DNA of 64,000 nucleotides, from contig JAXGZN010000001.1 in the NCBI GenBank assembly GCA_040776945.1, positions 1-64,000 of the forward strand. Direction: 5' to 3'. The translations under genes were made by a program, and so were the position numbers. The DNA is from Methanomassiliicoccaceae archaeon. GTDB lineage: Archaea; Thermoplasmatota; Thermoplasmata; Methanomassiliicoccales; Methanomassiliicoccaceae. The notes under the pieces were generated by a model, which saw nothing but the letters and a program-made list of their open reading frames with translations, was not told the DNA's origin and ran no database searches. Shown piece by piece: positions 22,701-32,427 of the stretch (position 1 is the first letter of the stretch; each line of letters opens with the position of its first letter).

Positions 22701-25700
22701 CGGCTCGGTGATGAACACCGGACCGTCAGCGGCCAGGTTACCACGTTCAACGGAACGTGGACGAATTGAAGCCTTCCCGCTTGGCCTCGTAAGCGGCCCT
22801 GGCCTGGCTGAGTTACCACGTTCAACGGAACGTGGACGAATTGAAGCCAGACCACCCCCGGAGACAGGGCCCGACCGAAATCCCGTTACCACGTTCAACG
22901 GAACGTGGACGAATTGAAGCATTGTCATCGTATAAGCTTCTTGCACTGCCCTAACAGGTTACCACGTTCAACGGAACGTGGACGAATTGAAGCTTGGTGT
23001 AGCCGTCCACGCACTTCGGGCACCTCGCGTCGTTACCACGTTCAACGGAACGTGGACGAATTGAAGCATGGCGTTCCAGGCGGCCTCGAAGATGCCCTTG
23101 AGCGGTTACCACGTTCAACGGAACGTGGACGAATTGAAGCTTCTCTCATAATGTGAAACCTCCTTCGATGAACGCCTGTTACCACGTTCAACGGAACGTG
23201 GACGAATTGAAGCAGGACCTCCGCTGGCACGAAGTTCGTCCCGGCGATGGATGGTTACCACGTTCAACGGAACGTGGACGAATTGAAGCTAAACCAATAA
23301 TCCACGTCCTTTTGCAGGTAAAAGGTTCGTTACCACGTTCAACGGAACGTGGACGAATTGAAGCTGGTGATAACCTCCCCCTCCATCGACACGCGCAACG
23401 GTTACCACGTTCAACGGAACGTGGACGAATTGAAGCGGAGCGGCCAGCAGGGAGCGGGCGAACAGACCTGGAGGTTACCACGTTCAACGGAACGTGGACG
23501 AATTGAAGCATCGCATTGCTGGACTTCCCAGGTCTTCGATTCAAGTTACCACGTTCAACGGAACGTGGACGAATTGAAGCATCACAGCCGCCGCCCCCCC
23601 AGCGCCTCGATCAGCTGTTACCACGTTCAACGGAACGTGGACGAATTGAAGCTTCAAGCTCCAAGATTCCTTCGAGAAAATCTCGCTGGTTACCACGTTC
23701 AACGGAACGTGGACGAATTGAAGCTGATGGATGAAGCGGACCTCGGCCGGCAGCAGGCGGGTTACCACGTTCAACGGAACGTGGACGAATTGAAGCCTAA
23801 AGACCTCCCTATATATTTCGCTGAAATCTACTGTTACCACGTTCAACGGAACGTGGACGAATTGAAGCCAGGCAAATAATATTGCCAGTATAAAAGCGGA
23901 TAAGACGTTACCACGTTCAACGGAACGTGGACGAATTGAAGCGTCGGAAATGGCGACGGGTCGTCCATAACATACTCCGGTTACCACGTTCAACGGAACG
24001 TGGACGAATTGAAGCGTTTCATGTATATTCGTCAGGTCCAACGCTCTAGCACGTTACCACGTTCAACGGAACGTGGACGAATTGAAGCAACCCACATACC
24101 TGTAGGTATATTGTTCACACTCTTTTGTTACCACGTTCAACGGAACGTGGACGAATTGAAGCATAAAGGAGGCGATCTTGGTTGATATTCATCATTTTGC
24201 GTTACCACGTTCAACGGAACGTGGACGAATTGAAGCTATGTAGGAATGAAATGATACAAGCGACAAGACCAAAGTTACCACGTTCAACGGAACGTGGACG
24301 AATTGAAGCCGGACCGAACGAGAGATACCACGCCAGGCGGTATTGCCGTTACCACGTTCAACGGAACGTGGACGAATTGAAGCGAGGAATTCATCAGCTT
24401 CTCGGCCTTATCAAGCCAGTAGTTACCACGTTCAACGGAACGTGGACGAATTGAAGCGTCTAAGAGATATTATGCATTGACGCAATATTTCAGTTACCAC
24501 GTTCAACGGAACGTGGACGAATTGAAGCCTGTCGGGCGAGTGAGTTGTTACGAAAAGGAAAAAATAGTTACCACGTTCAACGGAACGTGGACGAATTGAA
24601 GCTAGCCCTGGTTCGAGCCGGTGGTGTCCCATTCCTGACCGGTTACCACGTTCAACGGAACGTGGACGAATTGAAGCCGAGTTAATTTATTCTTCGACTT
24701 CACTGGAGCATTAGGTTACCACGTTCAACGGAACGTGGACGAATTGAAGCTGATGGGTCGAAAACTCCCGTACCAGACGATTGATTTGTTACCACGTTCA
24801 ACGGAACGTGGACGAATTGAAGCGTGTCGCCCCTGCCGCGACCAGGATACAATCTCCACGTTACCACGTTCAACGGAACGTGGACGAATTGAAGCATCGT
24901 TTTTTAAGGGGTGTTTAGGCATGTCTGGCTCGTTACCACGTTCAACGGAACGTGGACGAATTGAAGCTTGGCCTCCGGGTATTCATCGAGGATGTCCAGG
25001 ACGTTACCACGTTCAACGGAACGTGGACGAATTGAAGCGGCTTTACGGTATGCCAATATACCAGCCCATTTTTATAGTTACCACGTTCAACGGAACGTGG
25101 ACGAATTGAAGCAATCTCAGGGCTGTGGATGAAAATGTTGGATATGGCGTTACCACGTTCAACGGAACGTGGACGAATTGAAGCATTGACACAGAAATTC
25201 TCTATTCCCAGAACATTGTTGTTACCACGTTCAACGGAACGTGGACGAATTGAAGCGACGAGCGGATCGACGCGATGAAGCGCCGCCTCGGGTTACCACG
25301 TTCAACGGAACGTGGACGAATTGAAGCGAGCTGGAAGGCCAAGAGGAAATGCTGGAAAAGCTGTTACCACGTTCAACGGAACGTGGACGAATTGAAGCCG
25401 TCAGATCGTCGGTGGAACACCAGCTCATAACTTGAGTTACCACGTTCAACGGAACGTGGACGAATTGAAGCATCGCGCTCTTGGGCATCGCTTACGTCGG
25501 TTATGCCGTTACCACGTTCAACGGAACGTGGACGAATTGAAGCTTTTTCAAAACTAGCGCCGTGGACCCAGACGATAGTAAGGTTACCACGTTCAACGGA
25601 ACGTGGACGAATTGAAGCGACGATCCCTGATTGTTACGGTATATGTATTGACTGGGTTACCACGTTCAACGGAACGTGGACGAATTGAAGCTGCTGGAAC

Positions 25701-27651
25701 ACCACGCGGTCGGCGGCTGGCGTGTTGGGTTACCACGTTCAACGGAACGTGGACGAATTGAAGCATGACCGACCCATACTGCCACGCCGACGTCCACCTG
25801 GTTACCACGTTCAACGGAACGTGGACGAATTGAAGCAACATAGCGACGGCATAGAACAACATGAACATCACAGTTACCACGTTCAACGGAACGTGGACGA
25901 ATTGAAGCTCATAAGCGGTAGATAATGGGTTGGCCCCTGTATAACGTTACCACGTTCAACGGAACGTGGACGAATTGAAGCCCGGCGAAGCCCTTGAGGA
26001 TGGAGGAGCGGCACACCAGTTACCACGTTCAACGGAACGTGGACGAATTGAAGCTCGCCTGATATGGTAGTATTTTAGTGCAGACGCCATGTTACCACGT
26101 TCAACGGAACGTGGACGAATTGAAGCTTTTCGAACGACTGTAAATCTGAACCTACAGACTCGTGTTACCACGTTCAACGGAACGTGGACGAATTGAAGCC
26201 TCATTGTGAAGCACTAGACGCTGGTCCTCATAATAGGTTACCACGTTCAACGGAACGTGGACGAATTGAAGCTCGGACGGGACCGGAACGGGAGCCTGCG
26301 GTGGGGGGTTACCACGTTCAACGGAACGTGGACGAATTGAAGCTCGGTATCTCCGGAAAGAGGCTATCGAGCGCTCTCCTAGTTACCACGTTCAACGGAA
26401 CGTGGACGAATTGAAGCTGCGACCGCAGCTCCGCCAACCATTCCTCTGACCTCGTTACCACGTTCAACGGAACGTGGACGAATTGAAGCGACTTCATGGG
26501 ACAGAGGATTGCACCCTTCGGTTGGTTACCACGTTCAACGGAACGTGGACGAATTGAAGCTTGATCTCTCTGTTCCCGCAGGTAGGGCATCGGTCCCGTT
26601 ACCACGTTCAACGGAACGTGGACGAATTGAAGCAATCTTACCTTGCCCCCGCCCATAAGCTGGATGGCTAGTTACCACGTTCAACGGAACGTGGACGAAT
26701 TGAAGCCTTCTCTCTCGCCGAGCGCTCGCCGGCGCTCATGGCCGTTACCACGTTCAACGGAACGTGGACGAATTGAAGCAAATATGGCCTTGTTTCGGGC
26801 ATACATTACAGCCAATGTTACCACGTTCAACGGAACGTGGACGAATTGAAGCCAACATCGCCAGGTATGTCTTGAGAGGCGTGAGCATGTTACCACGTTC
26901 AACGGAACGTGGACGAATTGAAGCTTATCACCTCAGGACGCATTGGGCTGTATGACCTGCGTTACCACGTTCAACGGAACGTGGACGAATTGAAGCATGA
27001 TGTAGTCCTGGATGATGCTCATGGCCGCGTTGATGGTTACCACGTTCAACGGAACGTGGACGAATTGAAGCCCCTCCTAGCTGGGACTTGTAGACCTCCA
27101 TGTGATGTTACCACGTTCAACGGAACGTGGACGAATTGAAGCCTTTTAGGCTTACCTAATTAGGCTTACCTAAATCATAGTTACCACGTTCAACGGAACG
27201 TGGACGAATTGAAGCTTTTCTGATATTAGTAACGGGAAGCGAATGAAAACCGGGTTACCACGTTCAACGGAACGTGGACGAATTGAAGCGGTATTTCCTG
27301 ATGAGGAATGACAAGACCAATAGGAGTTACCACGTTCAACGGAACGTGGACGAATTGAAGCGCTGTGGATGGACGGTTATCTCACCATGTTGGACTCGTT
27401 ACCACGTTCAACGGAACGTGGACGAATTGAAGCTCTTTGCTCAGGTCACTTCCTCCTCTTCTTTCCGGGTTACCACGTTCAACGGAACGTGGACGAATTG
27501 AAGCAATGCAGACGCCATAGTTACAATAATTGCAACCTAAGGTTACCACGTTCAACGGAACGTGGACGAATTGAAGCCAGCTCTGGGTGCTCAACGACGT
27601 GGTTGACCTGCCGGCGTTACCACGTTCAACGGAACGTGGACGAATTGAAAC
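19738..27651 (+). CRISPR. CRISPR array, ~110 repeats of GTTACCACGTTCAACGGAACGTGGACGAATTGAAGC (36 bp), spacers mostly 34-41 bp
   Basis: Direct reading and manual count. Internal hairpin CCACGTTC-aacg-GAACGTGG, 3' ATTGAAGC handle. The last canonical repeat (27616-27651) ends GAAAC. Confidence 0.99.
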
Positions 27652-27810
27652 TTGAAGCAACCGGAGCAAGGCCTGATGCGCCGTTGTTTCAAAGAAAATA
27701 ACATCACCAAACCCAATAGGACGTGGACATATGGGACTGAGGAACACGGACACGGGCGGGTACACCGCTATCCCATTGCCACATTAATCGGATGCAGGTG
27801 AAGTGAGACC
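27652..27810 (+). CRISPR. Cryptic degenerate tail of the array: two atypical repeats (27703-27738, 27775-27810) with alaS-derived spacers
   Basis: Ungapped identity to the consensus repeat is 21/36 and 19/36. They start exactly 72 bp apart and enclose a 36-bp spacer. Confidence 0.8.
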
Positions 27811-27887
27811 TGATGTAATGACATAGAATACAAGGTGGATTCAACAAATCAAAACAATTAAATGAATCGCCATGTTACTCACCCAGC

Positions 27888-30572
27888 ATGTCCGAGTTCG
27901 ACCTTTCATTTTTCAAGGATAATAATTTCATACGTCATGTCTGCCCCAAGTGCGGCCGGGCGTTCTGGTCCCAGGGAGACTGGGAGACATGCGGTGAGCC
28001 TCCCTGCGAAGAATACACCTTCATCGGCCATTCCCCAATGACCAAGCCGATGAGCGTGCATGAAATGAGAGAAGCGTATCTTTCATTTTTCGAGTCCAAT
28101 GGTCATGGCCGCGTACGCCGCTATCCCATTGTTGCGCGATGGAGAGATGATGTCTTCTTCGTGCAAGCCAGCATCTATGATTTTCAACCATGGGTGATTT
28201 CTGAAGTTGTCGAACCCCCCCATAATCCTCTCGTCATCTCTCAGACATGCGTACGATTTAACGACATCGACAACGTCGGGAAGACTGGCCGCCATTTCAC
28301 TTTTTTTGAAATGTGCGCACATCATGTCTTTAACAAGCCTGGCCATGAGATTTATTTCAAGGACGGAACCGTCGAGCTCTGTCATCAGCTACTGACCGAG
28401 CGCCTTGGAGTAGACCCTAAAAGGATCAGGTATATCGAGGAGTGGTGGGAGGGAGGAGGTAACTCTGGACCATGTGTCGAGGTCATTCTCGAGGGAGTCG
28501 AGATCGCCACGCTAGTGTTCATGCAATATCGCGAAACCCCTGAGGGGCGTGTGTCCATGGACATGAAGGTAGTGGACACCGGCTATGGCCTTGAGAGACT
28601 GACCTGGGTCTCCCAGGCCACGCCCTCAGCCTACGATGCGATCTTCGGCCCGGTGGTCCGAGACTTGAAGGACCGGTTGGGGATCGAGACCAACGACCGC
28701 ATAATGGAACAATATAGCAAGATCGCCGGCGCGATGAACATGAAGACCGCCGCCGATGTACGCCTGCTGAGAGAACGGACCGCCGAGCGAATCGGCATAT
28801 CGTACGACGAGCTCATGCGCAACGTCGCGCCTCTCGAAGATATATATGTGGTCTGCGACCACTCCCGCGCGCTCGCCTTCATGCTCAATGACGGCGTCGT
28901 TCCGTCCAACGTCCGAGAGGGCTACTTCGCCCGCATGCTGGTGCGCAGGGCCCTCAGGTCGATGCGCTCTCTCGATCTCAAGATGCCGCTGGCCGACATC
29001 GTCGCCATGCAGATCGATTACTTCTCGCCGCACTTCCCCGAACTCGTGGAGAACCGCGAGGACATCATGTCCCTGGTCGAGGTCGAGGAGCAGCGCTACT
29101 ATGAGACGCTGGATCGCGGCCGCTCCATCGTCCAGCGCATGACCAAGGACCTGAAGGGCGCCCCCATCACCCTGGACATGCTCATCGAGCTGTACGACTC
29201 CCACGGCCTCAACCCAGAGATAGTCAAGGAGTTCTCCGATGTTCCGGTGGAGATCCCTGACAACTTCTACATGCAGGTCGCAAAGAGGCACGAGACCGCC
29301 AAGATGGCCGAGGACGAAGGGCCGAAGGACGAGGAATACCCACTGGACATGCCGGAGACGGTGATGTCCTACTATGATGACCCTGAGGTCATGGCCTTCG
29401 AGGCCGAGGTCGTAGCCGTCATCAACGGCGCGGTGGTGCTCGATCACACCTACTTCTATCCCGAGGGCGGCGGCCAGGAGGCGGACTACGGCACCATGGA
29501 CGGCCGCGAGGTCGTCAACGCGCAGAAGGTCCGCAACACCATCCTGCACTTCCTGGACGGCAAGCACGGCATCAAGGTGGGCGACCGCGTCACCTGCGCC
29601 ATCAACGAGGCGCGCCGCCGGCAGCTGATGCGCCACCACACCGCGGCCCACATCATCAACGGCTCCGCCCGCGACATGCTGGGCAACCACGTGTGGCAGT
29701 CAGGCGCGCACAAGAGCGTGGACGAGGCCCGCTTGGACATCACTCACTTCGAGAACCTGTCCGAAGAGCAGCGCGCCCAGCTGGAAAAGAGGTGCAACGA
29801 GGTCGTGCTCGAGGACCATCCTGTGGAGATCAAGTTCATGCGGCGCGACGAGGCCGAGGCCAAGTTCGGCTTCCGGCTGTACCAGGGCGGCGTCGTGCCG
29901 GGCAAGATCATCCGTGTGGTCAACACCACCGGGGTGGACGTGGAGGCGTGCGGGGGGCTGCATTGCGACCGCACCTCAAGGGTCGGGCCGATACGCATCC
30001 TGCGCACGAAGAGGATCCAGGACGGCGTGGTAAGGATCGAGTACTCGGCGGGCCTTGCGGCGGTCAGCGGGATGCAGTCGGACAAGGCATGCGTGGACCA
30101 ATTGGCAGACAAGATGAACGTCGGGCGGGAGGCGCTCCTTCCCGCGGCGGTGAAGCTGCTCAGCGAGGTCAAGGAGGACCGCAAGCGCATGGAGGCCATG
30201 GCCGCCAAGCTCAACCGGATCATGGCCGACAGTCTGCTGGACAAGGCCCCTCAAGTCGACGGAGCGAAGGCGGTGGTGTACCTGGCCGCCGAGGACGAGG
30301 ACCCTCAGGCCCTATCGCTCGCCTTGACCTCACGCCCCGGAGTCATTGCCGTCCTGGGCCTTGCGAACAAGAGCCCCAAGCTGTTCGTGTCCCGCTCTCA
30401 TGACGTAAATCTGGACTGCAGGCCAGTGCTCAAGGAGATCATGAAACTGGTCGGCGGCGGGGGCGGCGGAAAGCCGGACTTCGCGCAGGGAGGGGGCGGC
30501 GACCCGGAAAAGCTGCCTGCGGCAATGGACAGGGCGCTGGACATCATCAGGGCGGCAATGGCCAAGAAGTGA
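27888..30572 (+). CDS. alaS: Alanine--tRNA ligase (archaeal type)
   Basis: RYPIVARWRDD, ASIYDFQP, NPLVISQ.C.R..DIDNVG.TGRH, VDTGYGLER, DHSRAL, editing motif HHTAAH...CGGLH and C-Ala GGGGG. Confidence 0.98.
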   Translation: MSEFDLSFFKDNNFIRHVCPKCGRAFWSQGDWETCGEPPCEEYTFIGHSPMTKPMSVHEMREAYLSFFESNGHGRVRRYPIVARWRDDVFFVQASIYDFQPWVISEVVEPPHNPLVISQTCVRFNDIDNVGKTGRHFTFFEMCAHHVFNKPGHEIYFKDGTVELCHQLLTERLGVDPKRIRYIEEWWEGGGNSGPCVEVILEGVEIATLVFMQYRETPEGRVSMDMKVVDTGYGLERLTWVSQATPSAYDAIFGPVVRDLKDRLGIETNDRIMEQYSKIAGAMNMKTAADVRLLRERTAERIGISYDELMRNVAPLEDIYVVCDHSRALAFMLNDGVVPSNVREGYFARMLVRRALRSMRSLDLKMPLADIVAMQIDYFSPHFPELVENREDIMSLVEVEEQRYYETLDRGRSIVQRMTKDLKGAPITLDMLIELYDSHGLNPEIVKEFSDVPVEIPDNFYMQVAKRHETAKMAEDEGPKDEEYPLDMPETVMSYYDDPEVMAFEAEVVAVINGAVVLDHTYFYPEGGGQEADYGTMDGREVVNAQKVRNTILHFLDGKHGIKVGDRVTCAINEARRRQLMRHHTAAHIINGSARDMLGNHVWQSGAHKSVDEARLDITHFENLSEEQRAQLEKRCNEVVLEDHPVEIKFMRRDEAEAKFGFRLYQGGVVPGKIIRVVNTTGVDVEACGGLHCDRTSRVGPIRILRTKRIQDGVVRIEYSAGLAAVSGMQSDKACVDQLADKMNVGREALLPAAVKLLSEVKEDRKRMEAMAAKLNRIMADSLLDKAPQVDGAKAVVYLAAEDEDPQALSLALTSRPGVIAVLGLANKSPKLFVSRSHDVNLDCRPVLKEIMKLVGGGGGGKPDFAQGGGGDPEKLPAAMDRALDIIRAAMAKK

Positions 30573-30740
30573 GGGGCGGGCATGCTCACGTCCCGGTGCC
30601 TGGCGGGGCCGCCAGCAGGGCTGAGGGACCGGTCCGAAGGCAGGGAAATGGTTAAATATGGACTTGCGTGTAGGGGAGACGCTCCATAAACTATATACAT
30701 AGAATGGATAAAGTTCACATGATTCATTGGAGGTAGCAGT

Positions 30741-31319
30741 TTGGCGCAACCTGAAGGACAGGAAAAACCACAAAAGGGCGAGAAGAAGGAGAGGGCGAAG
30801 AAGGATAAGGTAGAGAAGGCCGCTGAGAAGAAGGTCGACGAGAACTTCCGCTACATCGTCCGCATCATGAACACCGATATCGACGGGAACCGGACCGTCG
30901 GGATGGGCATCCAGAACGTGAAGGGCGTCGGCCCCCGCGTTGCCGCTGTTGTCGCCAAGAGAACCGGCATCAAGCCCTCGGAGAAGATGGGGAACCTGTC
31001 CGAAGCGCAGACCGATGAGATCACCAAGATCATTGCCAGCTACCCGGAGTTCGCTCCTCACTGGGCCGTCAACCGTCAGAACGACATCGAGACCGGCGAG
31101 GACACGCACATTTTCGGCGTCGACCTCGACATCGTACGGAAGGACGACATTAACAGGATGAAGATGATACGCTGCTATAAGGGCGTAAGGCACGAGCAGG
31201 GACAGAAGGTTCGTGGTCAAAAGACCCGGTCCAACGGACGGACTGGCCTTACCATGGGCGTCAGCAGGCAGAAGGCTCAGCCTGGTGCCGGCGGGTCCTC
31301 GGGCGATTCGAAGAAGTAA
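30741..31319 (+). CDS. rps13: 30S ribosomal protein S13 (uS13)
   Basis: FRYIVRIMNTDIDG, YKGVRHEQGQKVRGQKTRSNGR. TTG start after GGAGGT. Confidence 0.96.
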   Translation: MAQPEGQEKPQKGEKKERAKKDKVEKAAEKKVDENFRYIVRIMNTDIDGNRTVGMGIQNVKGVGPRVAAVVAKRTGIKPSEKMGNLSEAQTDEITKIIASYPEFAPHWAVNRQNDIETGEDTHIFGVDLDIVRKDDINRMKMIRCYKGVRHEQGQKVRGQKTRSNGRTGLTMGVSRQKAQPGAGGSSGDSKK

Positions 31320-31340
31320 GATAGATGAGCAGGTGTTAAA

Positions 31341-32030
31341 ATGGGAGATCCGAAGTTCCCTCGGCGGTCGTATGACACTCCTTCTCACCCCTGGAGAGGA
31401 GAAAGGATCAAGGCCGAGACCGAGATATGCAATGCCTACGGTTTGAAGAACAAGCGCGAGCTGTGGAAGGCCCAAGCGTTCCTAAGGAACCTGAGGAACC
31501 AGTCCAAGCTCCTGCAGGCCCGCGTCCGCGTCAATGACGAACAGGCCAAGCTGGAGGCCTCCCTTCTGCTGAAGAAGTGCGCGCGCCTCGGCCTCCTGCC
31601 TCTCGAGGGCAGCACCCTGGACGACATCCTGGGCCTGACGCAGGAGACCGTCCTGAACCGGAGGCTGCAGACCCTGGTGCACCGAAGAGGGCTCGCGTCC
31701 ACCCCCAAGCAGGCGCGTCAGTTCATCGCCCACGGCCATGTGTCCATTGACGGCCGCAAGGTCACCATACCGGGATACATAGTCAAGAGGAGCGAGGAGG
31801 AGAAGATCGCCTTCAACTCGCTATCTCCCATATCCAACGAGCTCCACCCCCTGAGAACCTCCGCCCAGCCTGCTGGAAAGGTCCCAGAGGCCCCGGCCGC
31901 CAGGAGCGCGGAGCATTTGAACTCCCAGGCGGAGAAGGTCGAGAAGACCCTGAGAAAGGTCGCTGCCGACGCCGACATCGCGGAGGACTCCGACCTCCCC
32001 GAAGTGGCGCCTGATGTAAAGGAGGAGTGA
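31341..32030 (+). CDS. rps4: 30S ribosomal protein S4 (uS4)
   Basis: [45 protein letters not shown]. Confidence 0.97.
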   Translation: MGDPKFPRRSYDTPSHPWRGERIKAETEICNAYGLKNKRELWKAQAFLRNLRNQSKLLQARVRVNDEQAKLEASLLLKKCARLGLLPLEGSTLDDILGLTQETVLNRRLQTLVHRRGLASTPKQARQFIAHGHVSIDGRKVTIPGYIVKRSEEEKIAFNSLSPISNELHPLRTSAQPAGKVPEAPAARSAEHLNSQAEKVEKTLRKVAADADIAEDSDLPEVAPDVKEE

Positions 32031-32032
32031 AC

Positions 32033-32416
32033 ATGGGAAAATGGGGCATCGCTCACATATACGCAAGCTACAACAACATCATCATCACCCTGACCGACAT
32101 CACCGGCGCTGAGACCATCACCAAGGCCACCGGGGGCATGGTGGTCAAAGCGGCCAAGGACGAGTCCTCACCATACGCGGCCATGAGGGCCGCGGAGAGG
32201 GTAGCGGAGATCGCCAGGGAGAAGGGCATCGAGGGGATCCACGTCAAGGTCCGCGCTCCCGGCGGGAACAAGGCCACTTCCCCGGGACCAGGCGCTCAGG
32301 CCGCCATCAGGGCCCTCGCCCGCGCGGGCATGAAGATAGGGCGCATCGAGGACGTCACTCCCATCCCGCACGACGGCACCAAGAAGAAGGGCGGCAGAAG
32401 AGGCCGGAGAGTTTAG
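32033..32416 (+). CDS. rps11: 30S ribosomal protein S11 (uS11)
   Basis: [44 protein letters not shown]. Confidence 0.97.
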   Translation: MGKWGIAHIYASYNNIIITLTDITGAETITKATGGMVVKAAKDESSPYAAMRAAERVAEIAREKGIEGIHVKVRAPGGNKATSPGPGAQAAIRALARAGMKIGRIEDVTPIPHDGTKKKGGRRGRRV

Positions 32417-32427
32417 AGGCTGCATAC

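Noticed and set aside
27687-27702. TTTCAAAGAAAATAAC resembles the alaS N-terminus (FKENN versus FKDNN), suggesting a duplicated alaS 5' pseudogene
   Set aside because: The match does not extend. The same bases align over 35 nt to the opposite strand of alaS 28296-28330. The alaS-like pieces are out of order, on both strands and separated by repeat-like 36-mers, which fits spacers rather than a gene relic.
19823-27765. Many ORFs with recurring LPRSTERGRIEA / YHVQRNVDELK / LQFVHVPLNVVT peptides
   Set aside because: Translations of the CRISPR repeat, not proteins.
32414-32416. TAG stops (rps11, sod, ilvD, NOG1 and others) as possible pyrrolysine read-through
   Set aside because: The proteins are already full length at the TAG and no pyl genes are in the window.
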